NCBI GenBank assembly: GCA_965204375.1
Contig: OZ241986.1
Span: forward strand, 4,768,001-4,832,000
DNA length: 64,000 nucleotides
From: Candidatus Latescibacterota bacterium
GTDB lineage: Bacteria > Latescibacterota > UBA2968
Direction of reading: 5' to 3'
Shown here: piece by piece, positions 20,263 through 28,988 of the stretch
How positions within the stretch are numbered: the stretch's first letter is position 1
Layout of the letters: the number at the start of each line of letters is the position of its first letter
Made by a program: the position numbers and the translations under genes
Notes under the pieces: model-generated
The model's database searches: none
The model's input: only the letters and a program-made list of their open reading frames with translations
What the model was told of the DNA's origin: nothing

Positions 20263-20304
20263 AAGTGTCCGATTTTGATACAGTAGTGTCCGAAAATGAA
20301 CACT
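20263..20304. promoter_or_regulatory. Putative enhancer-binding-protein upstream activating sequence, copy 2
   Basis: Identical to 6406-6447 and at nearly the same distance from the -24 box. Confidence 0.75.
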
Positions 20305-20357
20305 TGGAGGAAGAGTGAGGTGGGAAGAGTGAGGAGGGAAGTGTGTATAAATTAAAT

Positions 20358-20510
20358 GAGGGTTGTGCATAAAAGCTGTGACATAGTCGGTAAAAGTCGC
20401 CACTTGTAGAAGCAACCAACTTCACAAGGAGGCGACCGATGGCAAAACCAAGATTCACCGACTATGTCGACCTGATACATACGCTGTTTGATCAGTTTAC
20501 ACAAGCGCAA
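20358..20510 (+). mobile_element. Probable IS left-end remnant with a truncated transposase N-terminus
   Basis: Hairpin GTCGCC-ACTTGT..ACAAG-GA-GGCGAC (20396-20436) sequesters a strong RBS ahead of MAKPRFTDYVDLIHTLF, which then runs into simple repeats; family not assignable by eye. Confidence 0.4.
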
Positions 20511-20553
20511 ATGGGAAATGGGAAAGAGGGAATAGGAACACAGGTGCAAATCT

Positions 20554-20709
20554 TTAGCACACAAGGGAAGCAAGAAATACAGAAAAAAATAAGAATGACG
20601 TCATCCTGGCGGTACTATTAGCAGTCATTCGCCCGATGATCTCTTGAAGGATAGATAGATGTGTTTGGACAGCGGGAGAATTTCCATCGAACTTCGAGCA
20701 GTCAGCCAT
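20554..20709 (-). pseudogene. Truncated small membrane protein downstream of the TIR gene
   Basis: 51-aa ORF MADCSKFDGNSPAVQTHLSILQEIIGRMTANS...; HLxxxQxxIxRMxxNS resembles small transmembrane proteins encoded next to TIR genes; below the ORF-track cutoff. Confidence 0.55.
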
Positions 20710-20719
20710 TTTTTATTCC

Positions 20720-21208
20720 TCAGCCATTTTTGCGAATGCGGATGGCATCCTCTATCCACCCGGCGATTTTGCTCTTGACGTAATGGTAAGCGTCCTTGCT
20801 ATCGCCATGTGGCGGATTGTACGATTTTACCACGTTTGATAATATCTGGCCGTTGATATTAATGTTATCAAAAGGATTTTTTCCTTTTGGGGATTGTTTC
20901 CCGTATTGATCCTTAAGCTTATGAACATAGATGCCAAGCAGTCCTTTGCCCTCATCCCATGATTTTTTTATTTCATAATGGATCCATTCACTCTCAGCAG
21001 TATGACTTCCAATCAGAACGATTGTACAGGATGCTCCGGCAAGCTGACTATCTACCCATTTCTTGATTGAGGCGGTGTCGGCATAGCTTTCCCACTGGTT
21101 ATCGCTGACGAGTTTATTGCCCTCGACGACACCAGCATTTCTAATTTGGGCAGCCCGCCAATTGTCGTGTGCATAGTGAAAACTAAAAAAGACCCGTCGT
21201 CCTTTCAT
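20720..21208 (-). CDS. thsB: TIR-domain protein, Thoeris ThsB / DUF1863-like
   Basis: RRVFFSFHY..DNWRAAQIRN, SCTIVLIG and WIHYEIKKS (catalytic Glu) motifs. Confidence 0.85.
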   Translation of the reverse strand: MKGRRVFFSFHYAHDNWRAAQIRNAGVVEGNKLVSDNQWESYADTASIKKWVDSQLAGASCTIVLIGSHTAESEWIHYEIKKSWDEGKGLLGIYVHKLKDQYGKQSPKGKNPFDNININGQILSNVVKSYNPPHGDSKDAYHYVKSKIAGWIEDAIRIRKNG

Positions 21209-21385
21209 TGCACTCTTTGCTCCTAAACATTGTTTCCCGAGTTGTTCACATTCCATTGTACCAGAGTACCAAAAAGTCAGGCCAGCATGTACGCAGCCTC
21301 TGCTATTGTGGCATACTTGGGAATCAAAAATCTAACATTTTTAAATAATATAGTCAATCCCATCATATCGCTACCTTGAGATGCT

Positions 21386-21673
21386 CTACAGCATGGTCTT
21401 ACCCAATGAAAAGACATCGAAAACATATCCCAGGATTACGAGAGATCGCAAGTTTAGACGGTCTGACTGATGTCCGATGATGGGTTGAAATACCGAGGGG
21501 GCCTGTCTGACGACCATTAACAAGCTGGCTTCGGTTTTGGATAAGGATAGAGTTTGAATGAAAATGGGGAGTAAGGGCGGTAGGAATCCGCTGTATGTGT
21601 CGTGTACCGCATGCCCTCCGGAGAGGGTGATTACGTCACGGGTTTGAAAACGGCTCTCACTATTTGTGGACAT
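21386..21673 (-). pseudogene. N-terminal fragment of an Fsr-like MFS transporter
   Basis: GHAVHDTYSGFLPPLLP...QPIIGHQSDR but only 95 aa. Confidence 0.75.
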
Positions 21674-21864
21674 GGGGTTCTCGAAAAAAAGTGATGAATG
21701 ACGGCTGTAAGATAAAGCGCGAAGGCTACTTGAAGGAGAGATAAATGGTGTGGCTAAGTACAGCAGTGCTTCTTAGGGTTGCGGGAATAGAAATGGGGAC
21801 ATAATTTAAAAGAACCAAAGCCATTATGCACAGCGCGTAAGTCCGTCTCGCAAAGGATTATTAC

Positions 21865-23025
21865 ATGTCTGATTATCCCCCTATTCGCGCGATTACTCGG
21901 GGACCTGAGTTTCACTGGTTCGGTTATTACGACAAGTGGCAAATAGACCCGTCAGGCCGGTATGCGCTTAGTATGGAGGTGGATTTTGAACACCGGTCGC
22001 CTTCGGCGGATGATACGGTTGCGCTGGGTATCATTGATATGGAGGATGGCGATACGTGGTCTGAGTTCGGGCGCACGCGGGCCTGGTGCTGGCAACAGGG
22101 GTGTATGTTGCAGTGGATTCCCAATTCGGAGACGGATGTTATTTTTAATGATCGCGAGGGGGATGCGTTTGTCTCGCGGATATACAATGTGAAAACGGGG
22201 GCGATTCGCACGCTTCCGCACGCGATTTATACGGTTTCGCCGGATGGGAAGACCGCTATTGGGGCGGATTTTCGCCGGATTAATCACATGCGGCCCGGGT
22301 ATGGGTATGCGGGGATTCCCGATCCGAATCGCGATGTGCGTGCGCCGGATGATGTGGGTGTTTATACTGTGGATCTGGAGACGGGTGAGTCAAGGCTTGT
22401 TGTTGCGATTGCCGAGGTTGCTGCGATTCCGTATCCGCATGGCGATATTTCCGGGGCGCGGCACTATTTTAATCATTTGCTGTTTAATACGGATGGGTCG
22501 CGGTTCATTTTTTTGCACCGCTGGCGATTTGGAGAGGGCGGTTTTGATACGCGGATGATGACGGCAAATGCCGATGGGTCAAATTTGCATGTGGTTGATG
22601 ATTACGGCAAGATGTCGCATTTTATCTGGCGCGATCCAGAGACGATTCTCGGGTGGGCGTATCATCCGGCGCACGGGAATAAGTTTTATCTCTATCGGGA
22701 TCTTTCCGACGCGGAGCCAGAGGTGATTGGTGCCGGGGTGATGACGGTTAATGGTCACTGTACGTATTTGCCGGGCAATGAGTGGATTCTCAATGATACG
22801 TATCCGTCACAGGGTGATCGCAGTCAAGTTCCGTATCTGTATCATGTTGCGACTGGCAAGCGCGTCGATCTGGGCGTTTTCCCGTCGCCGGAACCCTATA
22901 CGGGCGAGTGGCGCTGTGATTTGCATCCGCGCTTTAGTCCCGATGGGCAGTTTGTGGTGATTGATTCGGCACACAGAGGCAATGGACGGCAGATGTATCG
23001 GATTGAGGTTGGGGATATTGTATAA
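21865..23025 (+). CDS. TolB / oligogalacturonate-lyase-like beta-propeller protein
   Basis: HWFGYYDK, WCWQQGCMLQW, GHCTY and RCDLHPRFSPDG motifs. Confidence 0.7.
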   Translation: MSDYPPIRAITRGPEFHWFGYYDKWQIDPSGRYALSMEVDFEHRSPSADDTVALGIIDMEDGDTWSEFGRTRAWCWQQGCMLQWIPNSETDVIFNDREGDAFVSRIYNVKTGAIRTLPHAIYTVSPDGKTAIGADFRRINHMRPGYGYAGIPDPNRDVRAPDDVGVYTVDLETGESRLVVAIAEVAAIPYPHGDISGARHYFNHLLFNTDGSRFIFLHRWRFGEGGFDTRMMTANADGSNLHVVDDYGKMSHFIWRDPETILGWAYHPAHGNKFYLYRDLSDAEPEVIGAGVMTVNGHCTYLPGNEWILNDTYPSQGDRSQVPYLYHVATGKRVDLGVFPSPEPYTGEWRCDLHPRFSPDGQFVVIDSAHRGNGRQMYRIEVGDIV

Positions 23026-23036
23026 GGAGATATGAG

Positions 23037-23780
23037 ATGGCAATAGCTGCAGTACCTGCAGTACTGACGGAAGAGGAAATGTTGCATTTTCGCACGCGGG
23101 GCTATCTGGGTCCGTATTCGCTGTGTTCGGAGAGGGAGATGGCGGATCTTCGTCCGGCGATTGAAGAGGTGCTGGAGACGGATCCACCGAATGGTAAGAA
23201 TCGCATTCACAACCGGCATCTGGATAGTCGCGCGGTTTACGATTTGTCAACGCATCCCGAGATTCTCAGTCGTATGGTGGCTCTGTACGGGACGGATTTG
23301 CTGTTGTGGCGCACGAATTTTTTTATCAAATACAAGGGTACGAAGGCGATTCCCTGGCATCAGGATTTCAATTATTGGCCGCTCGAGCCGCCGATTATTG
23401 TTTCGGCGTGGATTGCGGTGGATGCTTCGACTAAGGAGAATGGGAATTTGCAGCTTATTCCCGGGTCACATCGCAAAATTATTCCCCATGTCAAAGCCAC
23501 GCCCGATGTGCAGTTCAAAGAGATGGCCGATGCGGGGTATTACGATCCGGAGCAGCTGGTCGATCTCGAGATGCAGCCCGGTGAGTTTATTTTGTTTAAC
23601 GAGCGCACGTTGCATCATTCGAAAGCGAATTTCTCGGATTTGCGGCGCATTGGTCTGGCGGTGCGCGCGATTCCTCCGATTGTGCATGTTCTCAAGTACG
23701 ATTCCGAAGACCACGCGCTTCCGGTTATTCACGGCGAGGATACGATGGGGTTTAATCGCGTTACACAACCGCCGTTATAA
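23037..23780 (+). CDS. PhyH-family Fe(II)/2-oxoglutarate dioxygenase
   Basis: WHQD (HxD), ENGNLQLIPGSH, distal LHHS...RR. Confidence 0.9.
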   Translation: MAIAAVPAVLTEEEMLHFRTRGYLGPYSLCSEREMADLRPAIEEVLETDPPNGKNRIHNRHLDSRAVYDLSTHPEILSRMVALYGTDLLLWRTNFFIKYKGTKAIPWHQDFNYWPLEPPIIVSAWIAVDASTKENGNLQLIPGSHRKIIPHVKATPDVQFKEMADAGYYDPEQLVDLEMQPGEFILFNERTLHHSKANFSDLRRIGLAVRAIPPIVHVLKYDSEDHALPVIHGEDTMGFNRVTQPPL

Positions 23781-23791
23781 GGAACTATTAT

Positions 23792-24979
23792 ATGAAGATT
23801 ACCAATATTGAGACGTTTATTGTGGATGCGGGTTGGCGCCCGTGGATATTTGTCCGGGTGGATACAGATGCGGGTATTAGTGGCTGGGGAGAGTGTAGCG
23901 ATGGGCGCAGTCCCTATGGGGTTACGGGTACGGTGCGCGATTTGACGCCTTTGCTCCTCGGCAAGGATCCCCGCGCTTATGAGATGCGCTTTTGGGATAT
24001 GTTGCGGGGGACGCGGCAAAGTCCGGGGGGTATTGCGGCGAAGGCGATTGCAGGTGTTGAACTCGCGCTTATTGATATTAAGGCGCGTGCGCTCGGTATT
24101 TCTGTTGTGGAGCTTTTTGGGGGTCCAACGCGGGAGCAGGTTCGGGTTTACTGGTCGCATTGCGGGACTTCGCGTGCGCGCAATAGCGAGTTGCTCAATA
24201 CGCCACCGCTTCGCACGATGGACGATATTGCCGCGCTGGGGCGAGAGGTTGTGGCGAGGGGATATACGGCGTTGAAGACGAATATCGTGATACCGGGGGA
24301 TCCGGCCGGTGTGTATTTTGGGGGTTTTGGCGGCGAACCTGGGACGACGGATGGCGTGGTTTCGCGGCAGATTCTCCGGCATATTGAGACGCTTATTGGG
24401 ACGTTTCGAGATGCTGTGGGTCCGGATGTCGATATTAATCTGGATCTGAATTTTAATTTCAAGCCCGAGTCGTGTATGCGTATTGCCCAGGTGCTGGAAC
24501 AATTTGATTTGCTGTGGCTGGAGATCGATATGTACGAGCCTGATGCGATTCGGCAGATTAAGGATTCGACGAGTACTAAAATTTGTACGGGTGAGAATTT
24601 GTTTTATATGCGCGAGTTTATTCCTTATTTCCAGGCGCGGTCTGCGGATGTGTTTATGATCGATGTGCCGTGGAATGGGTTTGCCCAGTCGAAGAAGGTG
24701 GGGGAGTTGGCCGAGGCGTATCAACTCAATGTTGCGCCACACAATTATTATAGCCATCTTTCGACGTGTATCAGTGCGAGTCTGTGCGCGGTTTTGCCGA
24801 ATGTGCGCATTATGGAGATTGATGTTGACGATGTGCCCTGGCGCGAGGATATGGTGACGAATGTACCCCATATTGAGAATGGGTATTTGACGATTCCCTC
24901 AGGTCCGGGTTGGGGTATTGAGATGGTTGAGGATGTGCTCAAAGCGCATCCCTGGGATAAGGGAAATGCGAATTGGTGA
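23792..24979 (+). CDS. Mandelate racemase / muconate lactonizing enzyme family (acid-sugar dehydratase-like)
   Basis: FVRVDTDAGISGWGE, metal ligands in DLN / WLE / GEN, APHN and PSGPGWG. Confidence 0.9.
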   Translation: MKITNIETFIVDAGWRPWIFVRVDTDAGISGWGECSDGRSPYGVTGTVRDLTPLLLGKDPRAYEMRFWDMLRGTRQSPGGIAAKAIAGVELALIDIKARALGISVVELFGGPTREQVRVYWSHCGTSRARNSELLNTPPLRTMDDIAALGREVVARGYTALKTNIVIPGDPAGVYFGGFGGEPGTTDGVVSRQILRHIETLIGTFRDAVGPDVDINLDLNFNFKPESCMRIAQVLEQFDLLWLEIDMYEPDAIRQIKDSTSTKICTGENLFYMREFIPYFQARSADVFMIDVPWNGFAQSKKVGELAEAYQLNVAPHNYYSHLSTCISASLCAVLPNVRIMEIDVDDVPWREDMVTNVPHIENGYLTIPSGPGWGIEMVEDVLKAHPWDKGNANW

Positions 24980-24981
24980 GA

Positions 24982-25047
24982 GAAGTGTGAAGTGTGAAGG
25001 GAGAAGTGTGAAGGGAGAAGTGTGAAGGGAGAAGTGTGAAGGGAGAA
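24982..25047 (+). repeat. Purine-rich heptamer repeats (GAAGTGT/GAAGGGA)
   Basis: About four copies of the 14-bp unit GAAGTGTGAAGGGA directly after the stop codon. Confidence 0.85.
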
Positions 25048-25054
25048 GGAAAAC

Positions 25055-25082
25055 TGTCATCGCGGCATGCTTAAAGCCGCGA
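25055..25082 (+). repeat. REP-like palindrome (GTCA-tagged)
   Basis: GTCATCGCGGCATGCTTAAAGCCGCGA, repeated at 28363-28389. Confidence 0.75.
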
Positions 25083-25122
25083 GCCAGAAGGGTTTTTGTC
25101 GTTACTTTTATTAGAGGACAAT

Positions 25123-25860
25123 ATGAATAATCAACAACACTTGTTTGAACTCGATGTCTATGGCTTTACGGTTGTTGAAGATGTTTTGACGACTGAGGAA
25201 GCGGGCGAGATGCGCGAGGCACTTATGCGCTGTGAAAAGGAGGTTGGCACGGAGGCCAAAAATCGGGGTACTGCTCGGCATGTCGCCAATTTGCCGGTGC
25301 TGGATCGCGTTTTTCACAAGACTATTGATCATCCGCGGATTCTGCCGTTGCTGGAGCACTATCTCGAGAAGTCGCTTATTCTGGGGAGTCTCAATGCCCG
25401 GATTGTGCGTCCGGGCGATCCAGACCAGGGTTTGCATAGTGATATTCCGCTGGAGATGCTCAATTTTAGTTCGCCAGTTATGATGAATACGATCTGGATG
25501 CTGGATGATTTTTCGCCGATCAATGGCGGTACGCGCGTGGTGCCGGGGTCTCATAAAAGCGGGTTGGTTATCCCGCCAGAGGATGTGTCTGTCAAGCATA
25601 TCGCGCAGCCCGAGGGATCTGCGGGTAGTGTTATTGTTATTAATGGTCAAATATGGCATGGCGGCGGGGCGAATACGGGGACGACGAATCGCCATGCGTT
25701 GTTCGGTCATTATCGCAAACGGATGTGTATGTTTCAGGTGGATCCCCACGATGGGTTTCCGCCCGAGTGGTTTGATGGGCTCACGGATAGACAAAGGCAA
25801 TTGATGCGGATGAGCAAGGGGCTTAGATCTGCCCACGCAGCGGATGCGCATTTCAGGTAG
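25123..25860 (+). CDS. PhyH-family dioxygenase
   Basis: [15 protein letters not shown] and IWHGGGAN..R motifs; ATG at 25123 after GAGG. Confidence 0.9.
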   Translation: MNNQQHLFELDVYGFTVVEDVLTTEEAGEMREALMRCEKEVGTEAKNRGTARHVANLPVLDRVFHKTIDHPRILPLLEHYLEKSLILGSLNARIVRPGDPDQGLHSDIPLEMLNFSSPVMMNTIWMLDDFSPINGGTRVVPGSHKSGLVIPPEDVSVKHIAQPEGSAGSVIVINGQIWHGGGANTGTTNRHALFGHYRKRMCMFQVDPHDGFPPEWFDGLTDRQRQLMRMSKGLRSAHAADAHFR

Positions 25861-25879
25861 TTGGAAACAGGAGATCAAT

Positions 25880-26311
25880 ATGCTCGTTGGTATATCCCCA
25901 TTGTTCAGTCCCGAGTTGCTGGCTACGATTTATCGCATGGGACACGGAGATGAGATTGTTCTGGCAGATGCGCATTTTCCCGGACATTCGGTGAATGCCA
26001 ATACGCTTCGGGCAGATGGTCTGGGGGTTGCGGCGTTGCTGGAGGCAATTTTGCCGCTGTTTGTGCTGGATACGTATGTGGATAGTCCGGTTTTTATGAT
26101 GGATGCGGTGCCGGGCGATGCGCTCGATCCCGCGGTTGAGGCGTCTTACCGGGCTGTTATTGACCGGGTATGGCCCGATACACCCCCTATTGCGCGCGTT
26201 GAACGCTTTGCTTTTTACGAACAGGCGAGAGACGCTTTTGCGGTTGTTATGACCGGGGAGACGGCGAAATATGGCAATGTTATTTTGAAGAAAGGTGTGA
26301 CGGAAGTGTGA
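25880..26311 (+). CDS. fucU: L-fucose mutarotase (RbsD/FucU family)
   Basis: [22 protein letters not shown] and [16 protein letters not shown]. Confidence 0.9.
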   Translation: MLVGISPLFSPELLATIYRMGHGDEIVLADAHFPGHSVNANTLRADGLGVAALLEAILPLFVLDTYVDSPVFMMDAVPGDALDPAVEASYRAVIDRVWPDTPPIARVERFAFYEQARDAFAVVMTGETAKYGNVILKKGVTEV

Positions 26312-26427
26312 AGTGTGAAGTGTGAAGTAGGAAGTGTGAAGTAGGAAGTGTGAAGTAGGATAAGACACCAGCTTTAGGGTGGTGGGGCAGGGTCTTCTCA
26401 CTTCTTCCTTCTTCCTTCTAACTTCTT
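26303..26427. repeat. Composite repeat: heptamer arm, G-rich core, complementary-type heptamer arm
   Basis: Eight GAAGTGT/GAAGTAG units, core CTTTAGGGTGGTGGGGCAGGGT, then CTTCTCA CTTCTTC CTTCTTC CTTCTAA. Confidence 0.8.
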
Positions 26428-26538
26428 AACCTGTCCAAAAGGACAGGTTGTTTTTGTCCCTGGGGACGGTGTTTTGGGGTTTCGGATGGCGTATTTTTGG
26501 GGTGAGATTAGTTCATTCCAATCAAAAGGAGGCATACC

Positions 26539-28305
26539 ATGGCTGTGACGACTCTTGATTATGTGCCCTGTGCGCGTGTGGAAGATATTCCCGAGGGTGG
26601 GATTATGGCTGTGAATGTGGAGGGCCATGCGATTGCGCTGGCAAAGTCGGATGGCGAGATCCGGGCGGTGGATAATCGGTGCCCGCATATGGGGTATCCG
26701 CTGAGTGAGGGGTCGATTCACAATGGGTTGATTATTTGCCACTGGCATCACGCGCGGTTTGATCTGGTTAGCGGGTGTACGTTTGATCCGTTTGCCGATG
26801 ATGTTCGGAGTTATCCAGTGGATGTGCAGGATGGTGAGATTTATGTGAATGTGCATGCGACGCATCCCGATCCGGTGGGTCATTGGAAGCGGCGGTTGAG
26901 CGAGAGTTTGGAGCAGAATATCAATCTGGTGATTGCCAAGTCGGTGATCGCGCTTCGGGGTCAGCGGGTTGATGGCGATGAGATTGCGGAGATTGGCGCG
27001 CGGTATGGTGCGCTGAGGCGGCGTCAGGGGTGGGGTCCGGGGTTGACGATTTTGACGTGTATGGCGAATGTGGTGCCAAAGCTGGCGCCCGAGGATCAGG
27101 TTCTGGCGCTGTACCAGGGGTTGTTGCATGTGGCGAGCGAGACGAGCAATGCAGCGCCGAGGATTGTTTTTACGCCTCTGGAGACGGAGGAGCTGACGCT
27201 GGCGAGGATTAAGGAGTGGTTCCGCTATTTGATTGAGGTGCGGAATGCCGATGGTGCGGAACGCGCTTTGTTGACGGCGATCCAGATGGGGGCAACGCCT
27301 TCGGAGATGTGCGATATGCTGGTGACTGCAGCGACGGATCACTTTTATCGCGATGGCGGGCATGTGCTGGATTTTATCAATAAGGGTTTTGAGGTGCTCG
27401 AGCGCATTGGTTGGGACAAGGCCGATGAGGTTTTGCCTTCGCTGGTGGGTGTGCTTTCGGGTTCACAGCGGAGTGAGGAGTTGAATCGGTGGCGCAGTCC
27501 CGTTGATCTGGTGGCGTTGTTAAACGGCGCGTTTGATGAGCTTGAGGATCTGGTGCGCGAGGGTGAGGGGAAGACGTGGGACGATGCGGATGCTTTGACG
27601 GAGGTTCTGTCAGGTGATGATCCGCATGCGATTGTGGATGGGTTGAAGGCGGCGTTTGCCGGTGGGGCGACGCTGACGCAGTTGACGCAGACACTGACTT
27701 ATGCAGCGGCTTTGCGGATTGCGCGGTTTCACGTTAAGAATGAGTTTGCCGATTGGATCGCGGTGCTGCATACGCATTCGGCGGCCAATGCGCTGCATCA
27801 ATGTGCAAAGCGCGCGCCGTCTCTGGATCTGGCGCGGGGGATTTTCCACGGTGCAATGGCGCTGTATTTTGACCGGTGGTTTAATAAGCCGGCAGCCCGT
27901 TTGCCGCAGGATCAGCGCGCGACCCAGCAGTTGCCGGAGGATGCGGATGAGTTGCTGGATTCTTTTGTGGCGTTGCTCGATACTCAGGCGCAGGTGGATG
28001 AGGCGGGGCGAATTGTGTATCGGTATTTGTCGCTGGGGCATCCGCGCGGTGCTTTGTGCGAGCGGTTGGGCCATGTGTTGCTGCGAGAGGATGCCGAGTT
28101 TCATTCGTTCCAGATGCTGGAGTCTGCGTTTAGCCAGGCAGAGGAGTTGGATGAGGAACGCGCATGGATTACGCTGGTGGGCGCGGCGCGTTATCTGGCA
28201 GCGCATGCACCAACGGCGCGTGCGTTGGGACAGACGGCGAATTTGGCACTTCGACTCCACCGGGGAGAGGATCTTTCGGCTGAGGATCCAGATGAGGAGG
28301 TGTGA
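26539..28305 (+). CDS. Rieske [2Fe-2S] domain protein with a large uncharacterised helical C-terminal region
   Basis: CPH...CHWH Rieske ligands at the N-terminus; AGGAGG RBS. Confidence 0.88.
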   Translation: MAVTTLDYVPCARVEDIPEGGIMAVNVEGHAIALAKSDGEIRAVDNRCPHMGYPLSEGSIHNGLIICHWHHARFDLVSGCTFDPFADDVRSYPVDVQDGEIYVNVHATHPDPVGHWKRRLSESLEQNINLVIAKSVIALRGQRVDGDEIAEIGARYGALRRRQGWGPGLTILTCMANVVPKLAPEDQVLALYQGLLHVASETSNAAPRIVFTPLETEELTLARIKEWFRYLIEVRNADGAERALLTAIQMGATPSEMCDMLVTAATDHFYRDGGHVLDFINKGFEVLERIGWDKADEVLPSLVGVLSGSQRSEELNRWRSPVDLVALLNGAFDELEDLVREGEGKTWDDADALTEVLSGDDPHAIVDGLKAAFAGGATLTQLTQTLTYAAALRIARFHVKNEFADWIAVLHTHSAANALHQCAKRAPSLDLARGIFHGAMALYFDRWFNKPAARLPQDQRATQQLPEDADELLDSFVALLDTQAQVDEAGRIVYRYLSLGHPRGALCERLGHVLLREDAEFHSFQMLESAFSQAEELDEERAWITLVGAARYLAAHAPTARALGQTANLALRLHRGEDLSAEDPDEEV

Positions 28306-28394
28306 TCCGCAGATGAACGCAGATGGACGCAGATAACCGTAGGGGCGAGGCAGGCCTCGCCCGTCATCGCGGCATGCTTAAAGCCGCGATCCAG
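28305..28394 (+). repeat. Stack of repeats: decamer arm, GTAG-type REP, CGTC-type REP
   Basis: ATCCGCAGATGAACGCAGATGGACGCAGAT; GTAGGGGCGAGGCAGGCCTCGCCC; CGTCATCGCGGCATGCTTAAAGCCGCGATCCAG. Confidence 0.75.
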
Positions 28395-28435
28395 TGGCGG
28401 GACGGATGATTCCAGATCACACAGACAGGTATTAC

Positions 28436-28468
28436 AAAAGCCTGTACCAGCGATGGTACAGGCTTTTT
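28436..28468. terminator. Bidirectional intrinsic terminator
   Basis: AAAAGCCTGTACCA-GCGA-TGGTACAGGCTTTTT between convergent genes. Confidence 0.85.
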
Positions 28469-28476
28469 CTTTGGGT

Positions 28477-28869
28477 TCATGTCGTCGGTTTCCATTTTCC
28501 CTGTACGCGGTAGGCTTCATCGTCGCCCGACCACGGGGGCATGGTGATGGCGACCGCGCAGAGTGGTTCGCTGTTGTGGGCGCGAAATTGGAAGTGCGTG
28601 CCTTGTGGTATGGTGAGGCTTGTGCCAGGGGCGAGGGATGCGATTTCTTCGCGGTTGCCCTGTTTGCGCCACATTTCGCCCTGTCCGCTGATGATGTACC
28701 AAATTTCTTCGACGGTGCGGTGGGCAATGGCGATGGATGTTTTTCCGGGGGCGAGTTCAAAGTGGGCCATGCCGCCGCTTTTGAGTTCGAGGAGTATGCG
28801 GACGTCAGATCCATCGGGCGCGGTGATGTCGGGTTTTTGGGGCAGGCGTTTTGTGCTGAAGTTGGTCAT
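28477..28869 (-). CDS. Cupin domain protein
   Basis: APDGSDVRIL, HRTVEEIWYIISGQG and IPQGTHFQFR; start after an AGGAG RBS. Confidence 0.88.
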   Translation of the reverse strand: MTNFSTKRLPQKPDITAPDGSDVRILLELKSGGMAHFELAPGKTSIAIAHRTVEEIWYIISGQGEMWRKQGNREEIASLAPGTSLTIPQGTHFQFRAHNSEPLCAVAITMPPWSGDDEAYRVQGKWKPTT

Positions 28870-28951
28870 GGTGTTCTCCTGAAAGCGGATCAACGAATCG
28901 GGATTAGCACTGACTTTGGGTAGTGGGGCAGGGTTCGTCTATTCGCCCTTC

Positions 28952-28981
28952 ATCTGTGTTCATCTGCGTTCATCTGCGGAT
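28952..28981 (-). repeat. Decamer repeat arm, inverted relative to 28305-28334
   Basis: ATCTGTGTTCATCTGCGTTCATCTGCGGAT; its reverse complement matches 28305-28334 at 28 of 30 positions. Confidence 0.8.
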
Positions 28982-28988
28982 TATTCGT

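Noticed and set aside
20720-21208. Complete Thoeris system
   Set aside because: No ThsA (SIR2-SLOG or Macro-TM) gene is adjacent.
23037-23780. SyrB2-like halogenase
   Set aside because: The HxD carboxylate ligand is retained, indicating an ordinary hydroxylase.
23729-24871. 380-aa minus-strand ORF, and similar long ones at 26398-27363, 46518-47462 and 48186-49304
   Set aside because: Antisense to well-supported genes, with no recognisable motifs or RBS.
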